This document shows positions 1 through 10,368 of a stretch of 64,000 bases of DNA, in pieces. Where the stretch lies: contig CAWKHF010000010.1 in assembly GCA_963849325.1 (NCBI GenBank), forward strand, positions 480,001-544,000, given 5' to 3'. The stretch is from an uncultured Planctomycetota bacterium (GTDB lineage Bacteria; Planctomycetota; Planctomycetia; Gemmatales; Gemmataceae). The translations under genes were made by a program, and so were the position numbers. Every line of letters begins with the position of its first letter. The first letter of the stretch is position 1. Under the pieces are notes generated by a model, which worked only from the letters and a program-made list of their open reading frames with translations, was not told the DNA's origin and did not search any database.

Positions 1-1798
1 GCTCGAATCGCTGTCGTTTCTGGCCGTCATCCTCGGCACGGTGTTCGGCGGCATCCTGTCGGAGTATTACGGAGGTCAGGAGTACCTCATCGGCATCATC
101 CTGACGGGGCTGGCGGTCCTCGGGGCGGCGGCCAGTCTGTTCATCCACCGCATGCCGGCGGCGAATCCGCGGCGGACGTTTCCGCCCTACGTCTTTGGCC
201 CGTTGTGGACGAGCATCCGCGAACTGATGCGTTCGCGGCCGTTGGCCCTGGCGGTCATCGGCATCGCCTTCTTCACCTTCGTCGTCTCCTTCATGCGGGC
301 CACGGTGTACATGCACGGCGAATCGCACGTGCCGCGCTGGTCGGAGTCGGAGACGAGCATGGTCGTCGGCATGGTGGCGCTGGGCATCGGCCTGGGCAGC
401 CCGCTGGTGGGCTTCCTGTCCGGCGGCAAGGTCGAGCTGGGCCTGGTGCCCGTCGGCGCCGCCGGCATGATCGTCGCCGCCTGCGTGGCCGCGCCGCTGC
501 TGGATCGACTGCAAGCGCTCATCGTCTGCATCATCGGCATCGGCTTTTTCACCGGCTTCTACATCGTCCCCCTGTTCACTCTCTTGCAGCACCGGGCGCC
601 CAGGACGAGCAAGGGCGACTCGATTGCGACGAGCAACTTCATCAACGTCACCGGCGCCACCGCGGCCACCTTGCTCTTTTACGTACTCGTCTTCGGCGCC
701 CAGCGCGTCGGCCTCGCTCCGCCGGCCGGGGAACTGACCGACCGGGTAGCCGTGGGTCCGTTGCTCGAAGATCCCGAGTACGTCCACGGTCGGCCGCATC
801 GTTTCGTGATCGCCCGGGTGCCGCCGCCGATCGCCGTCGCCGGCATGATCGGCTTGCTCGGCACGCCGAACCTCTCGGCCCCTCTTCTGACGGCGACGAC
901 TAGCCGCGTCGAACAGAAGGTGGTCACGGCCAACCACCGCGGCCGCCGCAAGACCGCCATCGAGACCGACGACGAGCTGATCGACGCCTTTGGCCAGCGC
1001 CTCAAGAAAGGCGACGTGGTCGTCGAGAGCACGTACAAGCTGGGCAAGGTGAAGCACCATCGCCTGCGCCGCGAGGGACAGGAGATGAAGCCCGTCTACA
1101 ACAACTCGGGTCTGCCGCGTTTGCTGTTCCTCGGGGCCGGCCTCATGACGTTGTGTACGCTGATGCTCTTGTGGTGGCAGATGCCGGACCTGTTCCTGCG
1201 GACGCTGATCTGGTTGCGAACGCAGCCGCGCTTTCGCCTGGAGATCGACGGCCTGAATAACTTGCCGGACAACGGCCCGGTCGTGCTGGTCACCAACGCG
1301 CAAGGCGTCGAGAGCTGCCTGCACGTCCTCAGCGCGACGGATCGGACGACGCGCTTCGTGCTGGTCGAAGAGGATACGCCACTGCGCTCGCCGTGGTGGC
1401 TGCGGCTGACCGCGGCGCGGCCTCTGCTCGCACAGTGGCAGCCCGGAACGAATGGAGTGGACGGGCACGTCCTCGAACGGAAAGCCGAGGAAGTGCTGGC
1501 GCGCAAGGGCGTGGTCGGTCTGTCGCTGGGCGGGACGGATGGAGGGGCGATGGCGGAACGGTTACTGGGCGAATTGGCCCTAAGGCGGCCGGTGCCCGTG
1601 CTGCCGGTCTGGTACGAGCCGGCGCCGGCGTCGGAGAAAAACAGACGACAACGCATTTACATCCTGGGCGGTCGGCTGCTGCCGGCGGGGAGTTTGGCTG
1701 CGGACGTGGAACGCGAACTTCAGCGTGTGTCCGAGGAATTCCGGGAGCGAATGAGGAGCGGAGAGGCGTTGCCCTACGTCGCATTCGCGGGACATTGA
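1..1798 (+). CDS. MFS transporter (LplT-like) fused to degenerate acyltransferase-like C-terminal domain; 5' partial
   Basis: Multiple TM helices, 'GFLSGGKVELGLVPVG' and 'GFYIVPLFTLLQHRAP' typical of LplT/Aas-type MFS; C-terminal 'IDGLNNLPDNGPVVLVTN' is PlsC-like; frame open from window start. Confidence 0.75.
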   Translation, partial: LESLSFLAVILGTVFGGILSEYYGGQEYLIGIILTGLAVLGAAASLFIHRMPAANPRRTFPPYVFGPLWTSIRELMRSRPLALAVIGIAFFTFVVSFMRATVYMHGESHVPRWSESETSMVVGMVALGIGLGSPLVGFLSGGKVELGLVPVGAAGMIVAACVAAPLLDRLQALIVCIIGIGFFTGFYIVPLFTLLQHRAPRTSKGDSIATSNFINVTGATAATLLFYVLVFGAQRVGLAPPAGELTDRVAVGPLLEDPEYVHGRPHRFVIARVPPPIAVAGMIGLLGTPNLSAPLLTATTSRVEQKVVTANHRGRRKTAIETDDELIDAFGQRLKKGDVVVESTYKLGKVKHHRLRREGQEMKPVYNNSGLPRLLFLGAGLMTLCTLMLLWWQMPDLFLRTLIWLRTQPRFRLEIDGLNNLPDNGPVVLVTNAQGVESCLHVLSATDRTTRFVLVEEDTPLRSPWWLRLTAARPLLAQWQPGTNGVDGHVLERKAEEVLARKGVVGLSLGGTDGGAMAERLLGELALRRPVPVLPVWYEPAPASEKNRRQRIYILGGRLLPAGSLAADVERELQRVSEEFRERMRSGEALPYVAFAGH

Positions 1799-1824
1799 GC
1801 GCAGCAGCGCCAGACCCCAAGCGG

Positions 1825-3216
1825 CTAACGCACCGATTCCAGCGGTCGAACGCGCATGGCGGATAGGGCCGGTAGCAAACCGCCGATGTTGCCCATGCCC
1901 AGCGCGAACAGCAAGCCCCACATCAACACCTGCGCATCGACAACCAGCTTGAGCACGACGCTCTTGCCGCCGCCCTGACCGCTGCTGATAATGCTCGACG
2001 CCGTCCAGCCGTCCGCCAGCGTGCCCAGCAAGCAACCGATGCCGCCGCCCAGCACGGCCAAGAGCAGCGATTCGAGGAAGAACGACTCCAAAATCTGCCA
2101 GCGCGCGTAGCCGAGGATGCGCAGGACGCCGATGTCCTTCTGTCGCTGGCTGATGGCCGCGAACATCGTATTCATGATGCCGAACACGCCGCCCAGGGCC
2201 ATGAAGCCGGCGATGAACCAGGCCGCCACCAAGAACTGGCGGTTGGTGGCCGTCAGCTTCTCGTAATACTCCGTCTCCACCTGCGCGACGACGGCGGGAC
2301 TTTTGAAGTTGGCCGCCACGTCGAGGGCCGTGTCGCGGGCGGTCTCGGCGTCAGCGGTGCGCAGCACCACCGTCGTAAAACTGTCCTTGCCGAATTTCGG
2401 GCCGACGATCTGCTGCTTGGCCCAGATCTCCGAATCGAACGTCGAGCCGCTCGATTGCAGAATGCCGACGACGACCCACTGCTGATTGCCCATCGCAAAG
2501 ACGTCGCCGACCTCCAGGGAGGGCTTGCCCTGGTCCGGCCCCAGCTCGCGGGCGATGCCTTCGCCGAGGACGGCCTGAATGGCCTGTTCGCCGCTACCGC
2601 TGCCCGGCAGCGATTGAACGCCGGCAGCCGAGAACCACTGGCCGCCAGCGTGCAGCCCGATGTTGTGAACGAGGCCGGTGCGGACGGGATCTTTCAGGCC
2701 GCGCAGTTGCAGAAAGCGTCGCTGACGACCGCCCGGCGGGGCGTTGGGAATCGGCTGGTTGACGATAATGTAGACCTCCCAACTCGTCAACGGCTCGCCG
2801 TCCTCGTCCTTTTGCACCGTCGGCCAATGGTCGATGGTGGTGATGTCGCCGAAACCGAGACTGCTGAATGCCTCGTCGGTGGCGCCGTCGGACAGCACCA
2901 GTACGTTGGCCGGCTGGCCGCTCTTCTCGGTCAGGCGGTTCATGCCGTTGACGAAGGCGAGCATGACCGTGAACAGGCCGACGACGAAGGTGAAGGCCAG
3001 GCCGGTCAAGAGCGTCGTCGGCCAGCGGACGAGGAGGTTGCGCAGGTTGTAGCCGAAAGGCACGCTGCGCAGCACGCCCGCCATCTGCAAGAGCAGGACG
3101 AACGTCAGCGCCAGGCCCAGCAACAGCATGACCGCGACAACCGTGACGAGAATGCAGGCGACCGCGGCGGCCAGAACATAGACAATCCGTGTGACAATCT
3201 CCATGAACGGTGACAT
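1825..3216 (-). CDS. ABC transporter permease (MacB/FtsX family)
   Basis: 'YNLRNLLVRWPTTLLT', 'GIMNTMFAAISQRQKDIGVLRILG'; start moved to ATG 3216, just after the upstream permease stop. Confidence 0.88.
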   Translation of the reverse strand: MSPFMEIVTRIVYVLAAAVACILVTVVAVMLLLGLALTFVLLLQMAGVLRSVPFGYNLRNLLVRWPTTLLTGLAFTFVVGLFTVMLAFVNGMNRLTEKSGQPANVLVLSDGATDEAFSSLGFGDITTIDHWPTVQKDEDGEPLTSWEVYIIVNQPIPNAPPGGRQRRFLQLRGLKDPVRTGLVHNIGLHAGGQWFSAAGVQSLPGSGSGEQAIQAVLGEGIARELGPDQGKPSLEVGDVFAMGNQQWVVVGILQSSGSTFDSEIWAKQQIVGPKFGKDSFTTVVLRTADAETARDTALDVAANFKSPAVVAQVETEYYEKLTATNRQFLVAAWFIAGFMALGGVFGIMNTMFAAISQRQKDIGVLRILGYARWQILESFFLESLLLAVLGGGIGCLLGTLADGWTASSIISSGQGGGKSVVLKLVVDAQVLMWGLLFALGMGNIGGLLPALSAMRVRPLESVR

Positions 3217-3218
3217 CC

Positions 3219-4568
3219 CTAGGACAGCTTGGCGAAGACCTCGGAGACTTTGACGGAGCGTGCCGACCAGGCCGGCACGATGCTGCCGGCCAGGGCCGAG
3301 GCGCCGCCGATCAGCGGTCCCCACCACAAGGCGGCGCGCGGGATGCGAAAGGCCGGGAAAAAACCGATCGGGAACTTGATGCCGCCGAGCACCTCGTTGA
3401 CGAACAGGTACGTACTGCCGGCGCTGACGAAGCCGGACAGGACGCCGATCAGGATGGCCTCGGCCAGCACCATGAGCATGATCTGCGTCGGTCCGAAGCC
3501 GAGTACCTTGAGCACCGCCATCTCGAGGCGGCGCTCGCGCACGCTGATGCTGATGGCCGTGGCGATGACCAGGGCCAGAGTGGCGGCGATGGCAGGCACC
3601 AGGTACAGCTTCACCCATTTCAGCAGGTCGCGGTAGGCGTCGAGGAACGAGGCGATGCCGGAGGAGGCCGTCTCGACCTTGACGGCCGGGTCGGTGTACG
3701 CCGGCGAATGAAGGATCTGTTCGGCGATGCGGTTGTAGGCGGCCGTGTCCGGCACTTTGAGCCAGACCAGGTTGAGCGTCTTCTTGGCCAGCGGGTGCGG
3801 CTTGCCGTTTTTCTTTTCGTAGGCGTCCAGGGCGTTGTTGAGCCGATCGCGGTTCATGACGGCCAGCTGGTTCATGCCGCCGTCGGGGAAGGTGGCGTAG
3901 ATCTCGCAGTCGTCCAGGTTGATGCCGGGATAATTCATGCCGAACAAGGAGATGCGTTCACCGACCTTCTTGTTCATCGACTTGAGGCGTTCGATGCCGA
4001 CGATAATGCGACGCGGGTCTTCCTCCAGCGCCTTGACGGCGACCTGCAAGTCCTGCTCTTCTCGCGGCGTCATGTGATCGGAGATGTCGAGCATGGTCAG
4101 CGCTTTGCTCGGCTCCATGCAGAAGAAGAATACCAGACTTTCCCGAGTTTTCTTCTCGTCGAGTGTGGCGCCGTAGAACTGCCAGGTCATGTGATCCTGC
4201 GGCCGGATGTCGCCGGGTTTGGAGGCGGCACCTTCCTGGAGGCTGGCGGCGTAGGAGTACGGCATCTGGCTGGGGATCTGCCAGCGCTCCGTGACGATGC
4301 ACTTGAAGTCCTTGCTGCGCTCCGTCGTCACCAGGTTGAGCAGCCACAGGACGCTCAGGATGAGAGTGAGGATGAGCACGAGCAGGAACGTGGCCGTGCC
4401 GGTCAACAGAGTGCGCAGCGGATTGCGGGCCAGGCTCTTGACGACGAGTCGGACGTAAGGAGCATGGACGAAGGCCAGCACGAGCAGGAGCAGGAACGCG
4501 GCCACGCCGAGGACGTTCCAGGGGCTATCGAGGAAGGCCATCAAGTAGTCATCGAGGACGCGCGGCAT
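3219..4568 (-). CDS. ABC transporter permease (MacB/FtsX family)
   Basis: 'KSLARNPLRTLLT', 'ISVRERRLEMAVLKVLGF'. Confidence 0.88.
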   Translation of the reverse strand: MPRVLDDYLMAFLDSPWNVLGVAAFLLLLVLAFVHAPYVRLVVKSLARNPLRTLLTGTATFLLVLILTLILSVLWLLNLVTTERSKDFKCIVTERWQIPSQMPYSYAASLQEGAASKPGDIRPQDHMTWQFYGATLDEKKTRESLVFFFCMEPSKALTMLDISDHMTPREEQDLQVAVKALEEDPRRIIVGIERLKSMNKKVGERISLFGMNYPGINLDDCEIYATFPDGGMNQLAVMNRDRLNNALDAYEKKNGKPHPLAKKTLNLVWLKVPDTAAYNRIAEQILHSPAYTDPAVKVETASSGIASFLDAYRDLLKWVKLYLVPAIAATLALVIATAISISVRERRLEMAVLKVLGFGPTQIMLMVLAEAILIGVLSGFVSAGSTYLFVNEVLGGIKFPIGFFPAFRIPRAALWWGPLIGGASALAGSIVPAWSARSVKVSEVFAKLS

Positions 4569-4579
4569 GGAAATGTTTT

Positions 4580-4610
4580 ATCCGTGTTTATCTGTGTTCA
4601 TCCGTGGTTA
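4580..4610. repeat. Short tandem ~10-nt repeat (ATCCGTGTTT/ATCTGTGTTC/ATCCGTGGTT)
   Basis: Three imperfect copies overlapping the ATPase stop codon. Confidence 0.6.
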
Positions 4611-5298
4611 ATTGTTCTTCGTTTTCAACGACGAGACGGCCCTTGTCCAGGTGCAGAACGCGCTCGGCGCGGGCGGCGGCGCGCGGATCGTGCGTCACCA
4701 TCAGGATCGTCTTGACTAGGCTCTTTTGCAGGGCGACCAGCAAGTTGAGAATGTCCTCGGCCGAGCGGGCGTCGAGGTCGCCGGTCGGCTCGTCGGCAAC
4801 GAGGATGGTCGGGTCGGTGACGATGGCGCGAGCGATGCCGACGCGCTGCTGCTGGCCGCCGGAGAGTTGGCCGGGCCGGTGTCTCAGGCGGTTGGACAGC
4901 CCCACCAGGTCCAGTGCCGTCATCACCTGCCGGCGCCGCTGCGACGCGGACAGCGGCAACAGCAGCAGCGGCAGCTCCACGTTCTCGTAGGCGGTGAGCA
5001 CCGACAACAAATGGTAGAACTGAAAGACGAAGCCGACGTGCCGCGTGCGCCAGGCGGCCAGGCGTCCCTCGCTCATGCCGCTGATGATCTGGTCGCCGAC
5101 GCGGATCGTACCGCCGCTGGGCGAGTCCAGGCCGGCGATCAGGTTGAGCAGTGTCGTCTTGCCCGAACCGCTCGGACCCATCAGCGCCAAAAACTCGCCC
5201 TCCGGCACGTCCAGGTTCAGGCCGTTGAGCACGTCGATTTGTTCGCTGCCGCGACGGAAATACTTGTGAAGATCGCTGACCTGGACGATCGGTTGCAT
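4588..5298 (-). CDS. ABC transporter ATP-binding protein (LolD/MacB-like)
   Basis: Walker A GPSGSGKT, LSGGQQQR signature, Walker B ILVADEPTG, H-loop VTHD. Confidence 0.95.
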   Translation of the reverse strand: MQPIVQVSDLHKYFRRGSEQIDVLNGLNLDVPEGEFLALMGPSGSGKTTLLNLIAGLDSPSGGTIRVGDQIISGMSEGRLAAWRTRHVGFVFQFYHLLSVLTAYENVELPLLLLPLSASQRRRQVMTALDLVGLSNRLRHRPGQLSGGQQQRVGIARAIVTDPTILVADEPTGDLDARSAEDILNLLVALQKSLVKTILMVTHDPRAAARAERVLHLDKGRLVVENEEQLTTDEHR

Positions 5299-5313
5299 GC
5301 GTCAAACCTCGCA

Positions 5314-5370
5314 CAAGCCCGGAGCGCCAGCGACGGGTTGAGACAACCCGTCGCTAGTGCTCCGGACTTG
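5314..5370. repeat. REP-like palindrome, family A copy 1
   Basis: CAAGCCCGGAGCGCCAGCGACGGGTTG-aga-CAACCCGTCGCTAGTGCTCCGGACTTG; same left arm recurs at 11868. Confidence 0.8.
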
Positions 5371-5379
5371 TCGAACCTT

Positions 5380-6594
5380 CTACTTGTTCGTCTTGCGGAA
5401 CGACACGAGGACGCTCATCTCCGGCTTGAGGACCGTGCCGATTTCGTCGTCGGGGAGTTCCTCGACCTTGACGCGGACGTTGATGGCCCCCTTGGAGCGG
5501 TCGGCGATGGGCATCAAGCGGATGACGCGGCCATCGTAACCGTGCGGATGACGGCGGCGGAACGGCTCGTGATTCTGGAACGCCTCGGGCATGACCGTGC
5601 AGGGCTGGCCCTTCTCGACGCGCGCGATGTCGCGTTCCTGAACGGACAGGTCAATCTCCAGATCGCCGAGGTCGGCCATCTCGCACAGGCTGGACGAGAT
5701 GGTGAAGGCCAGCGGGTTGACGACGTTGCCCTTCTCGGCCTTCTTGGTGAGGATGTGGCCGGAGATGGGCGCCTTGATGTCGCAGTTATCCAGGCGCCAC
5801 TTGGCCCGGATGGCGTCGGCCTTGGCGGCTTCCCAGTCGGCGCGGGCCGCTTTCTGACGCTCCTCGCGCGGCCCTTTCTTCATGAGGTCATAGGCAAAAC
5901 GCAGGCGATCAACGCGGCGTTTCATGGCGTCGTGGGTGAATTTCACCTGCTCGAACTCCTTGGGCGATAGGGCCGTGGTGCCGGCGAGGCGCTCGCTGCG
6001 GCGCAGGTCCAATTCGAGTTGACGCAGCGTCGCCTCGGACTCGCGCAGCTCGTTGTGGGCCGCTTCGATCTCCTCCGGACGATTGCACAGCGATTCCTTG
6101 TACTTCTGCTCGGCGGCGTCGCGGGCGGCAACGGCGTGGTCGTAATCGGCCTGGTAATCGTCTTTCTCCAGGCGGGCGAGTATCTCTCCCGCCTTGAAGA
6201 ATCGCCCCTCCTCGAAGCGCGGATTCAACTCGAGAATCATGCCGCCGACCTTGGGGCTGACCTGGACTTGATGCGCGGGAACGACATAGCCCTTGGCTTG
6301 CAGGACCACCTCGCCGGACGAGGCCACCGACGCGGCGGGTGTCGGCGATGCGGCGGGAGTGTCGGTGTCGGCAGTCGGTGTTGTCGGTGTCGGGGCCAGC
6401 GCGCCGACGCGATAAGCCCGGTAGCCGAACGCGGAAGTAGTCAGCAGAAGGATGACGCACAAGGCCCAGGGTAGCACGGCCGTTCGCGGCGTCGCCGCCG
6501 GCTGCCGTCCCAGGCGGAGGGAGAGGACTCGATCATTCAGCGCGGCGGCACCGTTCTCAGTAGGAGGACGTTTCAGTTCGCTGCTATTCATCAT
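5380..6594 (-). CDS. Efflux membrane-fusion (periplasmic adaptor, HlyD family) protein
   Basis: N-terminal TM, 'KGYVVPAHQVQVSPKVGG', coiled coil, 'IKAPISG', 'LKPEMSVLVSF'; operon with ABC genes. Confidence 0.9.
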   Translation of the reverse strand: MMNSSELKRPPTENGAAALNDRVLSLRLGRQPAATPRTAVLPWALCVILLLTTSAFGYRAYRVGALAPTPTTPTADTDTPAASPTPAASVASSGEVVLQAKGYVVPAHQVQVSPKVGGMILELNPRFEEGRFFKAGEILARLEKDDYQADYDHAVAARDAAEQKYKESLCNRPEEIEAAHNELRESEATLRQLELDLRRSERLAGTTALSPKEFEQVKFTHDAMKRRVDRLRFAYDLMKKGPREERQKAARADWEAAKADAIRAKWRLDNCDIKAPISGHILTKKAEKGNVVNPLAFTISSSLCEMADLGDLEIDLSVQERDIARVEKGQPCTVMPEAFQNHEPFRRRHPHGYDGRVIRLMPIADRSKGAINVRVKVEELPDDEIGTVLKPEMSVLVSFRKTNK

Positions 6595-6940
6595 GACTCA
6601 CCTGAGGCGCCGCGCTCGGCGGCGCGGCGTCTACCTCTTCTTCGTCTGTCGGTCGCCGAAATTGCCGCGAAAGTCCGCGTCCAAGCTCGGATCGGAACTT
6701 TTAGAGACTCCACCAGTTATAGCCCGGCTGGAGTCGGGAAGTCAAGTCGGGGCCCGCAGCGTCCACGAGGGGGGCAGGTTCCCTCGCGGACACAGCGGGC
6801 TCCGCTGGGAAACGTCCCCACCTTCGTTTTTCGCTCCCTCTTCCAGCCATACAATGCCCACACGGCCGAGCATGGCGGAGAGTCTCCGTTGGCACCTTGG
6901 TCCCGCGTTCGTCGCCATTTCCTTTGTGGACAGGAGAAAC

Positions 6941-9900
6941 ATGAACGTGTCCTTGACCAGTCGCACCTTCGTCCGCGTCCTCTTCGCTCTGTCAACCCTT
7001 TTGACGCCGATCGGCATGACGGCGGCGCACGCCGAGGAAACCAAGGGCGGCCCGCCGGAGTTCAAGCGGCTCAAGTTCCGCTCGATCGGCCCGGCGGCGG
7101 GCGGTCGTGTCTGCCGCGTCGCCGGCGTTCCCGGCGATCCGCTCACCTGTTACGCCGCCACGGCGGCCAGCGGACTGTGGAAGTCCAGCGATGGCGGCAT
7201 CCGCTGGAAGCCGATTTTCGACGATCAGTCCACCTCGACGATCGGTTCCCTGGCCGTCGCGCCGTCCGATCCGAACGTCCTCTACGCCGGCTCCGGCGAG
7301 GCCAACATCCGCGGCAACATCGAGGTCGGCGACGGCATCTACAAGTCCGTCGATGCCGGCAAGACCTGGAAACACGTCTGGACGCAGGAAGGTCAAATCG
7401 GCACCCTGATCGTTCATCCGGCCAACCCCGACATCGCCTACGCGGCGGTGCTCGGCCACGCCTTCGGACCCAACCCGGAGCGCGGCATCTATCGCACCAC
7501 GGACGGCGGCAACAATTGGCAGCGCGTGCTTACCAAGGACGCCGACACCGGCGCCTCCGACGTCTGCTTCGATCCGTCCAACCCGAAGGTGTTGTTCGCC
7601 GGTCTGTGGCAGGCACGACGGCGGCCGTGGGAATTGGTCAGCGGCGGGCCGGGCAGCGGCCTGTACACGTCCCGCGACGGCGGCGACACCTGGACGCAGC
7701 TTGTACCGCCGCCGGCGGACGATGCGCCCAACGTCGGCGCCGAGGCGCCGAAAGGCAAGAAGTATGCCAAGGGACTTCCCGCAGGTATCTGGGGCAAGGT
7801 TGGCGTGGCCGTGGCGCCCTCCGACGGCCGCCGCGTCTACGCCCTCATCGAGGCCGACAAGGGCGGACTATTTCGCAGCGATGACGGCGGCGATTCCTGG
7901 AAGCTCGTCAGCGACCACCGCGTCCTCCGCCAGCGCGCTTCTATTACTCCACTCTCACTGTCGATCCGCGCCACCCCGATGTCCTCTGGTGTCCGCAAGT
8001 GCCGCTGCTCAAAAGCATCGACGGCGGCAAGACCTTCCAGCGCGTCAAGGGCACTCACCACGGCGATCATCACGACATCTGGATCGATCCGAAAGATCCA
8101 CGCCGTATTCTCGACGGCAACGACGGCGGCGTGGACGTCTCCAGCAATGGCGGCGAAACCTGGTTCGCTCCGCCACTACCGTGGGGCCAGTTCTATCACA
8201 TCAGCGTGGACAACCGCATCCCCTACCACGTCGCCGGCACCATGCAGGACATCGGCACCGGCTCCGGCCCGAGCAACAGCCTGTCCACGGCCGGCATCGT
8301 TCCGAACGATTGGCACCCCGTCGGCGGCGGCGAGACCGGCTTTACCGTGTCGGACCCCATCGACCACAACATCGTCTATGCCGGCGAATACGGCGGTTAC
8401 ATCTCGCGCTACGACCACCGCACGCGCCAGGCCCGCAGCGTTGGCGTCTACCCCTTCAACCCGTCCGGCCACGAACCGGCGAGCCTGAAATACCGCTTCC
8501 AATGGACCGCTCCAATCCTCCTGTCGCCGCACGATCATCGCCTCGTCTATCACGCCGCCAACGTCCTCTTTCGGACCAACGATGGCGGCCGACGCTGGAC
8601 GCCGATCAGTCCCGACCTGACGCGCAACGATCGCGGCAAGCAGAAGTGGTCCGGCGGCCCCATCACCGGCGACAACACCGGCGTCGAGGTCTACGGCACC
8701 ATTTACGCCCTCGCCGAGTCTCCCAAGCGGAAGGGCGTCCTGTGGGCCGGCAGCGACGACGGTCTGGTCCACGTCTCGGCCGATGGCGGCGGGAGTTGGA
8801 GCAACGTCACGGTCAACGTCAAGGGGTTGCCGGAGTGGGGCACGGTTCGCTGCATCGAGCCGTCGCCCTTCGATGCGGCCGCCGCCTACCTCGTCGTGGA
8901 TGCGCACAAGCGCGACGATCGTCGGCCATACCTGTTCAAGACGAGCGATTTCGGCAAGACGTGGACCAGTCTCGTTGTCGAGGGCACGGTAATGGCCGAC
9001 CGCGGCCGAGGACCGGAGAAAGTCACGCGCAACGGGCTGTTTGCCGATGCCTCTTTGCACGTCGTCCGCGTTGATCCACGGCGACCGGGCTTGCTTTATC
9101 TCGGCGGTGAGCGCGGCCTCTCGGTGTCGTGGAACGACGGCTCGACCTGGACGCCGCTGCGGCTCAACCTGCCGACCGTCACCGTCACCGACCTGATCGT
9201 CAAGCACGATGACCTGGTAGTCGGCACCAACGGCCGTTCCGTGTGGGTCCTCGACGACCTGACGCCATTGCGTCAGCGACAGCCGGCCATCCGCGACAAG
9301 GCCGTTTTCCTGTACCCGGTCCAGCCGGTGGTGCGCTATCGTTATCACACGCCGCTGGGTGAAAAGAAGCCGCTCGGGGCTGGTCAGAACCCACCGCAGG
9401 GGGCGATTGTGCATTACTACCTCAAGGAGAAGCCGGCCGGCGACATCACCCTGGAGATCCTCGATGATCGCGGCGCCCGCGTGGCGCGGCTGACGAGCAG
9501 AAAGGAGCCGGAAGAGAAGCCGGAGGATGTCGATTCTTCCAGCGACAAGTACAAGAAAACGGTGCTGCCCGTCGAGCCGGGCCTGCATCGCATCCACTGG
9601 GACCTGCACTACGATGGTGCCGAGATCATCAAAGGCGCCAAGGTCGATAGCGGCGAGGCGAAGAAGGGGCCGCTGGTCAACCCTGGCGTCTACACGCTGA
9701 AATTAACCGCAGGCGGACAGGCGCTCACGACCAGCCTGGAAGTGCTGCCCGATCCACGCACCGTTCCCGATGAGGTGTGGACGCGGACGGCGGCGAAGTT
9801 GGCCGAGACCGACCAGCCGTTGACGCCGGAGGCCATTCTGCGCCGCGTGCGAGTGCCCGAGCAGACGGCGGAGCTGAAGGAGCAGATCGAGCTGACCCTG

Positions 9901-10347
9901 AAGATCCGCGACGACATCACCAGCCTGAGCCGCACGGTCGAACAGCTCCGCGCAGTCAAGGGGCAGCTCGTGGCGCGCAACGGTTTGCTCAAGGACGACA
10001 CTCGGACGGCATCGCTGGTCAAGGCATCGCGCGAATTGCTGACTCGGCTCGACGCCCTGGAAGAAAAGCTGCACAACCCAAAGGCCAAGATCGCCTACGA
10101 CATTCTCGCCCAGAAGGGCGGCGCCCGGCTGTACTCTCAACTGACGTGGCTGTTCGAGATGAGCAAGGACAGCGATGGAGCGCCGACGCAAGGACTCCGC
10201 GAGGTCTTCGCCGAGCAGGACCAACTCTTGCGCAAGTATCAGGAAGAGTGGCATGCGTTGGCGGCCAAGGACCTGGCCGCGCTGAACGAACAGGCGAAAA
10301 GGCTCGACGTGCCCGTGGTCATCATCCCGCCCGCTCCAGCGAAATAG
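6941..10347 (+). CDS. Secreted BNR/Asp-box (VPS10-like) glycosyl-hydrolase-family protein; 1-bp frameshift near 7940
   Basis: RBS AGGAG, signal peptide, 'FRSIGPAAGGRV', many SxDGGxTW repeats; ...RQRA|FYYSTL joins the two ORFs if one T is restored. Confidence 0.85.
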
Positions 10348-10368
10348 GAGGGACCGTGTGAAATGGTT

